NCBI GenBank assembly: GCA_965207445.1
Contig: CBDBLX010000002.1
Location: 1,943,849 to 2,007,848, forward strand
From: Nitrosopumilus sp.
GTDB taxonomy: Archaea > Thermoproteota > Nitrososphaeria > Nitrososphaerales > Nitrosopumilaceae
Direction: 5' to 3'
DNA: 64,000 bases
Positions 44,801-54,364 of the stretch are shown piece after piece; the stretch's first letter is position 1; the number at the start of each line of letters is the position of its first letter. A program made the translations under genes and the position numbers. Under the pieces are notes generated by a model. That model was not told where the DNA came from and did not search any database. It was given only the letters and a program-made list of their open reading frames with translations.

Positions 44801-45705
44801 GTTAGTGTCTTCAATGGTCTACCAGAGCGATGGTGTGCTTGCGGGATGCCAGACACCTCATTATCAAAGTATGTAGTAACATGATACTGCAACAAGTCTA
44901 CTAAATCTTGTACGATAAGTGGTGGCGTACCTGCCTCTTTGCTCTCTTTGAGTCGCTGATTTACTCTGATTATATCGACCATCTTGTGAGTCAGGTCATC
45001 TTCTGATCGTATACCAGTCTCCAAGATTATTGATGGTCTTACAGTAACTGGCGGTACAGGTAGTGCCTGCAATACAAACCATTCTGGGCGTGCAGTAGCA
45101 GGGTCATATGATAATAGTTCCAAATCCTCATCAGGTATCTGTGAGAATCGCTCACGAATTGTAATTGGTAATAGTCTGTGCTCACCTATCTCAGTCTTTT
45201 CGACAAAGATTGTAGGCTTTGTAAATATAAGGTCATACTGGGCCTTGCCACAATGTGGACATTCTTTTGCCTTGCGAGCTTTTTCAATTATTCTCTCAGG
45301 AATTCTTTTTTGGGACACTACAGTGTGTGCTGCATTTTTGAGTTTTATTGCCCTGTATGCATCTAGCTCTTCTTGTGGAACCTTTAATCGCCCGCAAGAA
45401 CGGCATGTTGACAGCAGTAATTTGTGAATATTATCAATAAATGCAATATGTAGTACAGGTTCTGCTAGTTCGATGTGCCCAAAGTGTCCAGGACATCTTG
45501 CAGCAGTATTTCCACATGTAAGGCATTTTTGTCCAGCCTCTAGTGTACCTAGTCTACCATCCATCAGTCCACCTTGAACCGGAAGACCATCCTCATCATA
45601 GGTCTCAGGGGCAGTAATTTCGGTCACAGAGTATTTACGCACCTCAGCAGGTGACCATACAGAAAAACGTATACCATCTATGATCTTTACAGTCTCAACT
45701 GACAT
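41899..45705 (-). CDS. rpoA: DNA-directed RNA polymerase largest subunit, unsplit A'+A''
   Basis: NADFDGDEMN catalytic motif; QSIGEPGTQMTLRTFH in same ORF. Confidence 0.98.
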   Translation of the reverse strand: MSVETVKIIDGIRFSVWSPAEVRKYSVTEITAPETYDEDGLPVQGGLMDGRLGTLEAGQKCLTCGNTAARCPGHFGHIELAEPVLHIAFIDNIHKLLLSTCRSCGRLKVPQEELDAYRAIKLKNAAHTVVSQKRIPERIIEKARKAKECPHCGKAQYDLIFTKPTIFVEKTEIGEHRLLPITIRERFSQIPDEDLELLSYDPATARPEWFVLQALPVPPVTVRPSIILETGIRSEDDLTHKMVDIIRVNQRLKESKEAGTPPLIVQDLVDLLQYHVTTYFDNEVSGIPQAHHRSGRPLKTLTQRLKGKEGRFRGSLSGKRVDFSSRTVISPDPNLDLSEVGVPESVAMKLTIPEIVTEWNIENIRKLVINGPEKFPGVNYIVRPDGVKIRLDFVDDRSGIAESLERGFRVERHLSDGDIVMFNRQPSLHQMSIMAHYVKVLPGKTFRLHPSVCPPYNADFDGDEMNLHVPQSEEARAEAILLMRVQDQLISPRYGGPIIGALRDFVTGAYLMTKDDTLLTKQEFSNLAMLGGYTGKLPKPVDNIKTSDGKKTSMYTGKQLFSLFLPRDFNYVMTSKWSKGTKGKQNDVVIKNGELISGVIDKTSIGAEEPESVLHRIAKDYGNETGKQFLNSILIMVKQFITHYGFSYGLGDLEVPEDDRQNILSDIEQTYGTVSDFIDQYNDGTLKVTRGMKPEEALEAYIVNELGKARDRAGSSANDSLAPDNAGKIMATTGARGSSLNVGQMAGALGQQSRRGNRLNDGYSDRALPHFRRHDNNPDAHGFVKSNYRDGLSALEFFFHAMGGREGLVDTAVRTQQSGYMQRRLINALEHIRLEYDGTVRDPHGHIIQFLYGEDGIDVAKSDHGEAFNAHRLTESQTIVDTGAKAKKSELEALIAKYTKTFNPRLKSLVSDALYSSGLSKSGAEDVCKKGLMLYNNAKVEPGQAVGIVTAQSIGEPGTQMTLRTFHFAGIRERNVTLGLPRLIELVDARKKPVTPTMDIYLDDENKNSREGAIEVAKNVLQTKIDDILETHDTDYLTQIRLVLNEQKMASRGCSIGDVEAVLSSNKKFKIETTANMLVLKLVEESNTEKVIELRNKIRKVTVKGVPDVERVSLVQKSGEWIIQTTGSNMSDLLKVDGVNKRKVRTNNVFDIAGTLGIEAARNALIIELQNTLEDQGLEVDNRYIMLVSDLMCSRGYLQQIGRHGIAGTKDSVLARAAFEITVPTIAHAALGGEIEQLKGITENVIVGSNIPIGSGTVDLYMQVSKKR

Positions 45706-45706
45706 T

Positions 45707-48700
45707 TTACACCCTCTCCTTTATGAGTAGCCTAGGGGCTACATTTAGGCTCTGCATCTCTTGTAATAATAGTTTAAACGCATATGCAACTGATACTGAT
45801 GAGACCTTTGCCTTGTCACCACACACACGACACACATATTTGCGATGTCGTGCATCATAATACGCAACCAATCCACACCGCTCACACACAAACACATCAG
45901 ACTTGTCAGACTCATCTAAGAGTCTGTCCTTTAGTATCATAGATGCACCATACGCAATAAGACAGTCACGCTCCATCTCTCCGAATCGCAGTCCACCACC
46001 ACGTGCTCGTCCCTCTGTAGGTTGCTTTGTGAGCATCTGGACTTGTCCGCGTGCCCTTGCATGTATCTTATCAGATACCATATGGTGTAGTTTTTGATAA
46101 TATACAACACCCATAAACACATCAACTGGAAATGCTTGGCCTGTGCGCCCATCATACATGATCTCTTTGCCAGAGTACTTGAACCCATGAGCATCCATCA
46201 CCTCTTTGACCTCATCCATCTTTTCACCCACAAATGCAGAACCATCAAACCGTTTTCCACGCAGAGCAGCGGCTTTGCCACATATGGACTCCATCATCAT
46301 ACCAACTGTCATACGTGATGGAAATGCATGCGGGTTAATCAGCACATCAGGGGACATTCCTTGTGCAGTGTATGGAAGATCTTCGGCGTTTGCCAATATT
46401 CCCAAGACACCCTTTTGTCCATGACGGGATGCAAACTTGTCACCTATTTCAGGAATTCTCATATCACGTACGCGTATCTTGTACATGCGGCCACCTTCAT
46501 TTGACTGAGTCATTACAACAGTATCCACAACACCATTCTCAGACGGCCTAACACCAACTGATGTGTCGCGTCTAAATTCACCACTAGAACCAAACTCACC
46601 TCTAAACTCTTCCATAAATCTAGGTGGAGATGACTTTGCAATCAAGATATCACCACCCTTTACTGTAGATTCAGTAGATATCACTCCATCATCTTCCAAC
46701 AAACGATATGCCCGAGAACCCTTGTATCCACGCAAGTTGTCATCCTCACTTGGAATCTCAAACTTGTCTCGTGCACCACCAGGGTACTGTTTTGCCTCTG
46801 CATCATATATACGGTAAAAGAATGTGCGTCCGAGTCCTCTATCAACTGAAGCCTTGTTCAGTACAATGGCATCTTCAATATTATATCCATCAAATGGCAA
46901 GACTGCAACCACACAATTCTGCCCTGCAGGTCTATCCTCCAATCCAAGTAGCTTCATAGCCTTTGTGTTCACTATTGGAGACTGTGGATAAAGCATAAAA
47001 TGCTGTCTTACATATGTGCTCGTATTCATCATAGGTGTTGAAAAACCCAATGACTGTTTTGCCATGGCAGACTCGTATGTATTCCTTGGGGATTGGTTGT
47101 GTTCAGGATATGGTATTATAGATGCACCCGCACCTAGTATCGCAGATGGGAATACCTCTAGGTGAGTATGTTGTTTAGTTGCACCATCTTCATTCATCGT
47201 AATGTAACAGTTCTCCTCTTCGTTTGCATCAATGAGTTCTAGTACACCATCTTGTAATAGATCAGTCCAGTTTTTGATACGTTTTGTAACCTTTTCTAGT
47301 AATTCAGATGAGAGTCTAGACTTGCCATTCTCAACTACTACAAGTGGACGCAATACACGACCTGCATTGCAATTTACATACAGCCGCTTTGTTGCATCAT
47401 CCACAGAAGACTCTTGGAAAGACACGCCGATATGAGGGTGAATCTTTGTACTTCGTCGCTGTATGCGCATATTGTTTGCAAGATCAGCGCCATCTTTTAC
47501 ATAACCTATCAATCGGCCATCAACAAACACACGTGTTCCACGTTTTAGATCATCTTTTGCATCGAAAAAGTGAACAACACCCATATCGTATAGTTTCTGC
47601 ACAATATCTTCAGAAGGTACATTGATCGAGATTATACCAGACAAAGCGAGATTCTTTACCAGTCCACAGTTTGAGCCTTCTGGAGTCTCACTAGGACATA
47701 TGCGGCCAAAGTGCGTAGAGTGAAGATCTCTTGCCTCAAAGTTTGGCTGTGTGCGACTCAACGGAGATTGAATACGACGTAGATGACTGATCGTAGACAA
47801 GTAGTTGGTACGATCTAATAGTTGCGTGACACCAACTCTTCCCCTACCCCAATTGCCAGTAGCAATGGCATTATTTAGCTTGTCAGAGATTATACCAGGT
47901 CGTATTGCAGCAGCTACGGCGTTGATGCCGCGCTTTTGTCCTGAGCGTTCTAGCTGGTACTTCATATCACGAATAAGGTTCTTAAATGCAGTTCTAAAGA
48001 GATCAGCTAACATTTGACCAGCAAACTTTATCACTTTGTTGCCATAGTGATCCTTGTCATCAGGTGTGATCCATCCGAGTCGAAGTTCCAATAGTTTGCA
48101 TGCTGCCTCACCAAGAAATTGTGCCTTTTCTTTGCGATGCTCCGGATGCTTGCCCAAGTGCGGTAATAGACCCCAGTCAAGTAGTGTCTCGGCGCGTTTG
48201 ATTTGAAACTCTTCGAGCATGCCAGGTGCAATACGTTTACTTATATACACAATTGCATCTTTTGATGTGGATACATCACCAGACTTTTCAAAAGAGACCT
48301 CTAGTTCATCTTGTATAGTATCGACCAAAGATACAACACTTGCAATGTCTTTATCAGATTCCAAACCCAATGCCCGCATCAAAGTGACTACGGGTATATC
48401 AACAGGTGAGCCAGGTATACGTGCTACAATCAATCCATCATTTTTCATTACCAATTCTAGTTTTGCCCTATAACCGACTATTGAAGAGTAGACTTTGGCC
48501 TTGTATACAATATTACCACTTAAAATCTCCTTGTCAACGATAATCTTGTTGTATGAGAGGTCTTCTAGTCCAACTATAACACGCTCAGACCCATTTATGA
48601 TAAAATACCCACCAGGGTCATTTTTGTCCTCACCTTTTTCTACCAATTTTTTATCACTACAGTTACGTAGTATACACTTTGAGGATTTGATCATAACAGG

Positions 48701-49057
48701 TATGTCCCCAACATGGATAAACCTCGATTCAAGTATCTTGTTATCCTCTACCACCTTTGCTTCCACATACATGGGGGCAGCATACGAGACGTTTCGCAGA
48801 CGTGCCTCTCCAGGTGAGATATGGGTTATAGAACCATCTAGCTCCATCATACGTGGTTTTTCTATCTTTACCTTTCCTAGTTGGATTTTGTAAGGATATT
48901 CGGCATTCTCTATATCAATATGATCAGTCTCATCTATTATACTCTGCAGACCAATATCAAAAAATTCATCAAAAGAGTTAAGATGTTGACGTGCTATACC
49001 TTCACGTTTGAGAATATCCTCAATTATGGGCCATCGCTTTACAGACGGGTCAGCCAT
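45707..49057 (-). CDS. rpoB: DNA-directed RNA polymerase subunit B
   Basis: GDKFASRHGQKG, GGLRFGEMERD. Confidence 0.98.
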   Translation of the reverse strand: MADPSVKRWPIIEDILKREGIARQHLNSFDEFFDIGLQSIIDETDHIDIENAEYPYKIQLGKVKIEKPRMMELDGSITHISPGEARLRNVSYAAPMYVEAKVVEDNKILESRFIHVGDIPVMIKSSKCILRNCSDKKLVEKGEDKNDPGGYFIINGSERVIVGLEDLSYNKIIVDKEILSGNIVYKAKVYSSIVGYRAKLELVMKNDGLIVARIPGSPVDIPVVTLMRALGLESDKDIASVVSLVDTIQDELEVSFEKSGDVSTSKDAIVYISKRIAPGMLEEFQIKRAETLLDWGLLPHLGKHPEHRKEKAQFLGEAACKLLELRLGWITPDDKDHYGNKVIKFAGQMLADLFRTAFKNLIRDMKYQLERSGQKRGINAVAAAIRPGIISDKLNNAIATGNWGRGRVGVTQLLDRTNYLSTISHLRRIQSPLSRTQPNFEARDLHSTHFGRICPSETPEGSNCGLVKNLALSGIISINVPSEDIVQKLYDMGVVHFFDAKDDLKRGTRVFVDGRLIGYVKDGADLANNMRIQRRSTKIHPHIGVSFQESSVDDATKRLYVNCNAGRVLRPLVVVENGKSRLSSELLEKVTKRIKNWTDLLQDGVLELIDANEEENCYITMNEDGATKQHTHLEVFPSAILGAGASIIPYPEHNQSPRNTYESAMAKQSLGFSTPMMNTSTYVRQHFMLYPQSPIVNTKAMKLLGLEDRPAGQNCVVAVLPFDGYNIEDAIVLNKASVDRGLGRTFFYRIYDAEAKQYPGGARDKFEIPSEDDNLRGYKGSRAYRLLEDDGVISTESTVKGGDILIAKSSPPRFMEEFRGEFGSSGEFRRDTSVGVRPSENGVVDTVVMTQSNEGGRMYKIRVRDMRIPEIGDKFASRHGQKGVLGILANAEDLPYTAQGMSPDVLINPHAFPSRMTVGMMMESICGKAAALRGKRFDGSAFVGEKMDEVKEVMDAHGFKYSGKEIMYDGRTGQAFPVDVFMGVVYYQKLHHMVSDKIHARARGQVQMLTKQPTEGRARGGGLRFGEMERDCLIAYGASMILKDRLLDESDKSDVFVCERCGLVAYYDARHRKYVCRVCGDKAKVSSVSVAYAFKLLLQEMQSLNVAPRLLIKERV

Positions 49058-49308
49058 TATTCATCCACCACATACCTATAATAGATACTATGACCAGCAG
49101 TAGGGCTAGTCCTTGTAATTTTAATCATATCACCTGGCTTTACTCCAAGCCCAACAATAGCGCGATCAGTTGCAAATATGAGGGGCAGTTCTGTAGGCTG
49201 GCAGTTGTACTGTTCTAGTACTTTTTCTGCCTCTTCTTTTGATATTATCTCATGCTTTGGAACCAAATCATGATCAGGTACCAATATAGGTATTCTTTTG
49301 CCTGTTAT
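49057..49308 (-). CDS. rpoH: DNA-directed RNA polymerase subunit H (Rpo5); probable ATA start at 49308 (first canonical start TTG 49284)
   Basis: HDLVPKHEI...LP.I...D...GVKPGDMIKITR.SPTAG..IYYRYVV; GGAGGTG 6 nt upstream of ATA. Confidence 0.93.
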   Translation of the reverse strand: MTGKRIPILVPDHDLVPKHEIISKEEAEKVLEQYNCQPTELPLIFATDRAIVGLGVKPGDMIKITRTSPTAGHSIYYRYVVDE

Positions 49309-49405
49309 AATCTACACCTCCCGTAAATACCACTCAAGTAATTATTTGTATACAAACAGTCGACACTCTTGTAGAGACTAATATATATCTAGACAGCGAT
49401 AATTG

Positions 49406-49503
49406 GTAACCGTTCAGGTAAGCGTTCACCAACTCATTCTCAAGTTTAGACACAGATTCATCGCCTAACTTTTAGTACAGGTAACCGTGGGTTGAACGGT
49501 TAC
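49406..49503. mobile_element. 98-bp IS66-derived MITE
   Basis: TIR gtaaccgttca...tgaacggttac; perfect 8-bp TSD gataattg (49398-49405, 49504-49511). Confidence 0.88.
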
Positions 49504-49708
49504 GATAATTGCGTCATCACTTTGACACAACATAAAAATAAAATGCAGACATACAGTATGCAGACATACAGTATGCAGACATGATAATCAGACATATAGT
49601 GATCAACACACATCCTTCAAATATACACAAAACAACTATATATGTACAATGAGTAATTTGGGAAACTTTTCACAAGGTTAAATAGTCAATTTATAAGACT
49701 AAAGGTAT

Positions 49709-50673
49709 ATGAAATCCCAACTTTCGGTGTTTGCATTATCTGCAATTTTAGTAGCTAGTCTTAGCACAGCACCGATATACGGACAAATGATGGATGGCAT
49801 GCCCATAAATGCTCCAATTGTTGTTTCCACGGACAAGTCAACGTATGAGACAGGCGACAAAATAGTGATAAACGGCAAAGTAGCAAGAGCAGGAGACGGA
49901 TTTGAGACAGATTGTTGTTTCCACGGACAAGTCAACGTATGAGACAGGCGACAAAATAGTGATAAACGGCAAAGTAGCAAGAGCAGGAGACGGAGCTGTC
50001 ACCATACAGATAGTTGGACCAGATGATTCTCAGAACCGTGTGGGTATCAATCAGGTAAACGTTGTTGCAGTTTGTTGCAGGGGGACCGTTGATGAGTCGT
50101 GACGGTACATATACAGTAAAGGCGCAATATGGTTCGTCTGCAATATCAGAGGCCACTGCAACCTTTGAACTGATTGTAGGTGAGATGCCACCGGACACAA
50201 CACCAGAGACAGAAGAACCACAATCACCAAATAGTAACATAGGAGAAGACACCATTACAATTGATGATGTTGATGACACCATAAGTTATGAGATAAATGG
50301 TGGAAGAATACTCAGTGTTGTACCTGATGTCGAGTCCAAATCATTGGTCATAACCATAGAGACGACAAGTGACGGAGATCTGACAATGACCATACCAAGA
50401 ACAATATTAGACGCCAAGGTCAATGACAGTGACGAAGACGATGATTTGTTTGTTCTAGTAGATCTAGAAGAGGCAATATTTGATGAGACAAGAACCGATG
50501 TGGATAGAACTGTGACAGTCGAGTTTGCGCACGGAGCCGAAGAGATCGAGATAATCGGTACATGGGTAATTCCTGAATTCGGTGTAATTGCGGTCATGAT
50601 TCTTGCAGTAGCAATAATCTCAATTATTGCCATATCGTCAAGAACAAGACTAAGTATAGTTCCAAGAATTTGA
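49709..50673 (+). pseudogene. PEFG-CTERM surface protein disrupted by an 84-bp duplication and a second frameshift
   Basis: Signal peptide at 49709; 49817-49900 duplicated at 49911-49994; three frames; C-terminal VIPEFGVIAVMILAVAII. Confidence 0.8.
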
Positions 50674-50991
50674 CCACATTTTTTATTTTTAATTTGATTG
50701 CCACTAGGTAAAGCCTATGCATGATATAATCATGCATATATAAAAATAAAATAATTCATTGTAACATAAAAGGAGTAAAATAAAATGCATATTCACAACA
50801 CAGATTATAATTTAATGTATAGTTTGCATAATTGAAATGTATTGTTATTTGATTTTGAAAATATCACTCAGACTAAATTAAACAATGCCGTAAGTTTGAC
50901 ATATATGTTAAATATGTATAGATAATATGTATAGATAATTATGTTCTCATGCACACACATAAAGCATTTAGTCTACTTGAGATGGGATGTC

Positions 50992-51086
50992 TAAGATATG
51001 ATGTTTAAGATATGATGTTTAAGATATGATGTTTAAGATATGATGTTTAAGATATGATGTTTAAGATATGATGTTTAAGATATGAT
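50992..51086. repeat. 14-bp minisatellite x~6.8
   Basis: taagatatgatgtt repeated without spacers. Confidence 0.9.
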
Positions 51087-51457
51087 TTGTAGCGCAAGTG
51101 AATCATGCATCACATGACACAATACAAACACACTAAAAAATACACTAATTAAATATGCTCAAATATAAAAAAGAAGAATGGTACAGAATATTTTAATCAA
51201 GGTGGCGATATTTTTGAAAAATAGATCAAAAATTAGATATGGCAAAGTTCAGGAAGTTTCATTTTACTAAATTATCACAGTACTTTAGATGTATTATATC
51301 AAACATCAACTACGACAAAATACAAGTTTAAAATTTGCAAGAATGGTAAATTTTTAAAATTGAACTGAAATCGCTGTAAATCTCTGAAAATGTCACAGTT
51401 GCCAAGTTTGAATTATTGTTATAAATACATAAATAAGAACAAGAGTTCAGAGATTTA

Positions 51458-52330
51458 ATGAAAACACGATCATTAACATCTATAGCAGTAGTACTAGTTG
51501 CAATATCACTTGCAATGACAATGCCACTTAATGCATTTGCGCAAATCGGCAATCAACAAGGCATGGAGATGGTAGTAGTAGCAGAGGAGGGATCCAAGGT
51601 AATCACCGTTACGGGAACCATAGTAAAGACACTTCCAACAGATATTACATTCAAAGTCACTAGTCCCAATGGACTCAATACAGTTGCAATAGACCAGAAA
51701 ACACCAATTGACGGTACATTTGAGACTGTATTTACAATAGGTGAGAATTGGACAGAAGATGGAAGTTATCGAATTACAGCCACAAGTGGACCAGCACAAG
51801 ACAACTCACTATACACAATAACTCTACCAGTAATGGTAATTGGTGGCATGGCACAAGATACGATGCAATCAGACGGAAATTTGGAAAGATTGATAGTCTA
51901 TAAACCCATGACAGAACCCAATGCACCAACAGGAATCACAATAGAGGCAACAGGTGATGTAGGCTCAGACATAATCATGGTATCTGGCGATACTGACAAG
52001 TTGGGTGAGGATATCACTTTGAAAGTTATTGCACCAAACGGCAACATTGCAAGTGTAGAACAAGTGTCTCCTGAGCTAGACGGCACATATGGCGCTATTA
52101 TAACCACAGGTGGTGACTTTTGGAAAGAAGACGGCATGTACACTGTAACTGCACAACAAAATGATGATGAGTTGTATATGGCATCAGCACAGATAGAGAT
52201 TGCAGATGGGTTAGTTGTACCAGAGTTTGGTACGATTGCTGCCATGATTTTAGCAGTAGCTATAATCTCAATAATTGTTGTATCTGCACGATCAAGACTG
52301 AGTATAGTCCAAACAGCTACAACTCATTAA
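51458..52330 (+). CDS. PEFG-CTERM sorting-domain surface protein
   Basis: Signal peptide; VVPEFGTIAAMILAVAIISII..RSR tail. Confidence 0.9.
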   Translation: MKTRSLTSIAVVLVAISLAMTMPLNAFAQIGNQQGMEMVVVAEEGSKVITVTGTIVKTLPTDITFKVTSPNGLNTVAIDQKTPIDGTFETVFTIGENWTEDGSYRITATSGPAQDNSLYTITLPVMVIGGMAQDTMQSDGNLERLIVYKPMTEPNAPTGITIEATGDVGSDIIMVSGDTDKLGEDITLKVIAPNGNIASVEQVSPELDGTYGAIITTGGDFWKEDGMYTVTAQQNDDELYMASAQIEIADGLVVPEFGTIAAMILAVAIISIIVVSARSRLSIVQTATTH

Positions 52331-52368
52331 GCAATTTTTTATTTTTAAATACATAAATAGAGATACAT

Positions 52369-53295
52369 GTGCATCTCATTAAGATGAATATTAGTACATC
52401 TTTTGCGCTACTTGCTGTTTTGGCAGCAGTTAGTACAGTAACCATCTCATCAGCATATGCTCAAACGGAATTCACGAATCAAGGACTTCCAGATGCATGT
52501 GTTGGGTGTAATGCCGAAGATTCCATTACAACAGCAGATAAGATATTGCAAGATGCAATACCCATATCAGTGTGGGTGGACAAGGACGAATACACACATG
52601 AGGACATTATAATGCTGACTGGCTATGTAGCAAATCCAGATACGGCAGGAACTGGAGAATCTCAAGTTACTGTCATGGTGAGAAACTCTATTGGCAGTAT
52701 AGTCACTATAGATCAGGTAAAGGTCAACGATGATAAAACATTTGAAACTTCCCTGAATACTGCAGGTAGACTGTGGATATACGATGGCGTGTATACAATA
52801 TATGTACAGCAAGGCCAAAACTCAAACAAGATACAAGTTGAACTTGTTGAAGGTGAGAAGAAACCCACAATGCAAAGAGAACCCATGGATAAAGAATGTG
52901 CATCAAATGAGCTTGTAGTCATAGGTATGTGTGTTCCATACACCATCGAAGGCGGAGCTGTGACAGGAGCAACAGTCAACACAGATGACATGTCACTTGT
53001 CATTGCAATTGATGCTACAGACAATGGGGTATTGACACTTGAGCCTACAAGTGATGTCATTGACGGAATCTTTATGGTACTAGTTGATGGTCAAGAGTCC
53101 AATGATTATATGATAACAGAGGACAACACGATCATCACGCCATTTGAGCCCACAACTGAGATCATTGAAGTGATCGGTACATATGTTATACCAGAATTTG
53201 GTACTATTGCAATAATGATATTGGCAATAGCCATAGTCTCAATAATTGTCATGTCATCGAGAACAAGACTCGGCATGGTAATGCCAAGAGTATAA
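52369..53295 (+). CDS. PEFG-CTERM sorting-domain surface protein (start probably ATG 52384)
   Basis: Signal peptide; VIPEFGTIAIMILAIAIVSII tail. Confidence 0.9.
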   Translation: MHLIKMNISTSFALLAVLAAVSTVTISSAYAQTEFTNQGLPDACVGCNAEDSITTADKILQDAIPISVWVDKDEYTHEDIIMLTGYVANPDTAGTGESQVTVMVRNSIGSIVTIDQVKVNDDKTFETSLNTAGRLWIYDGVYTIYVQQGQNSNKIQVELVEGEKKPTMQREPMDKECASNELVVIGMCVPYTIEGGAVTGATVNTDDMSLVIAIDATDNGVLTLEPTSDVIDGIFMVLVDGQESNDYMITEDNTIITPFEPTTEIIEVIGTYVIPEFGTIAIMILAIAIVSIIVMSSRTRLGMVMPRV

Positions 53296-53402
53296 GCTCA
53301 CGTACTTTTTTATTATTATTTTTTCATTTTGTTATAAAATCAATTGAGATAGCATTATATTGCTTTTTAAATAGGAGGCATAAGATCTAAAATCAAGTTA
53401 AA

Positions 53403-54335
53403 ATGCTTCACATTCGGAGATTTCACACAGGCACATCTCTGGCATTGCTCATAATATGCACAGGTATATTGATCGCAGTTGTAGGTAGTGTCAATATAAT
53501 ATCAGAGTATGCATTTGCACAAGAGAGTTCTCTGACTCGTCAAAAATCAAACATATCAGTTACAACAGACAAATCAGAGTATGCAATAGGTGACGTGATT
53601 ATAGTATCAGGTAATATAACCACAAGTTTGGCAGATACACCAGTAATATTACAGATATTCAGAGATGGTAATCCAATTCACATAAACCAGATCACTCCTG
53701 CACAAGACAACACGTACTGGGAGATAGTCAAGACTGAAGGGAGTAGATGGAGCAAAGTGGGCGAGTATGAAGTGAATATAAGATATGGTAAAGATGGCAA
53801 GGCAGCAACAAGTTTTACCCTTGTAGATAGTCAAGAAAAAGAAAAAGATACACCAACAGAGTCATCAGGGAGTATAGAAGTAAAAGTAGGAAATGAGACT
53901 TTTGATGTAGCATATACAATTACAGGAGGCAACGTAATAGACATGACACTTGACTGGAGGGACTTTACACTTATTGTAGATATAGAGACAACAGAAGAGT
54001 TTGGATCAATTACCATAGATATGCCTCGAGATTATATCGGAGCAGAGGATACAAGTAGACCTACGGCATCAGATGACATATTCATAGTGCAGATCGACGG
54101 CACCCAAGTCGATTATAATGAAGTGAATAATGCAGACCGAAGCATTAGGAGTATCAGTATAGCATTTTTAGAAGATGATGCAGAGATAAGGATAATTGGA
54201 ACTTATGCAGTACCAGAATTCTCACACTATGTAATAATAATGATGTCAATAATAGGTATCATGGTAATGGTGATCGTTTTGTCAAAAACAAAAAAATACT
54301 CAAATGTAATGCACGTCTATAAAATGACTAAATAA
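53403..54335 (+). CDS. PEFG-CTERM-like surface protein (PEFS variant)
   Basis: VTTDKSEY.IGD motif; AVPEFS + TM + basic tail. Confidence 0.85.
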   Translation: MLHIRRFHTGTSLALLIICTGILIAVVGSVNIISEYAFAQESSLTRQKSNISVTTDKSEYAIGDVIIVSGNITTSLADTPVILQIFRDGNPIHINQITPAQDNTYWEIVKTEGSRWSKVGEYEVNIRYGKDGKAATSFTLVDSQEKEKDTPTESSGSIEVKVGNETFDVAYTITGGNVIDMTLDWRDFTLIVDIETTEEFGSITIDMPRDYIGAEDTSRPTASDDIFIVQIDGTQVDYNEVNNADRSIRSISIAFLEDDAEIRIIGTYAVPEFSHYVIIMMSIIGIMVMVIVLSKTKKYSNVMHVYKMTK

Positions 54336-54364
54336 ATATTAAAATTGACAAGGTTGGTTCTACG

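Noticed and set aside
41899..49057. ATA-to-Met codon reassignment to explain the ATA starts
   Set aside because: Internal ATA occurs at conserved Ile positions (e.g. GGPIIG in rpoA)
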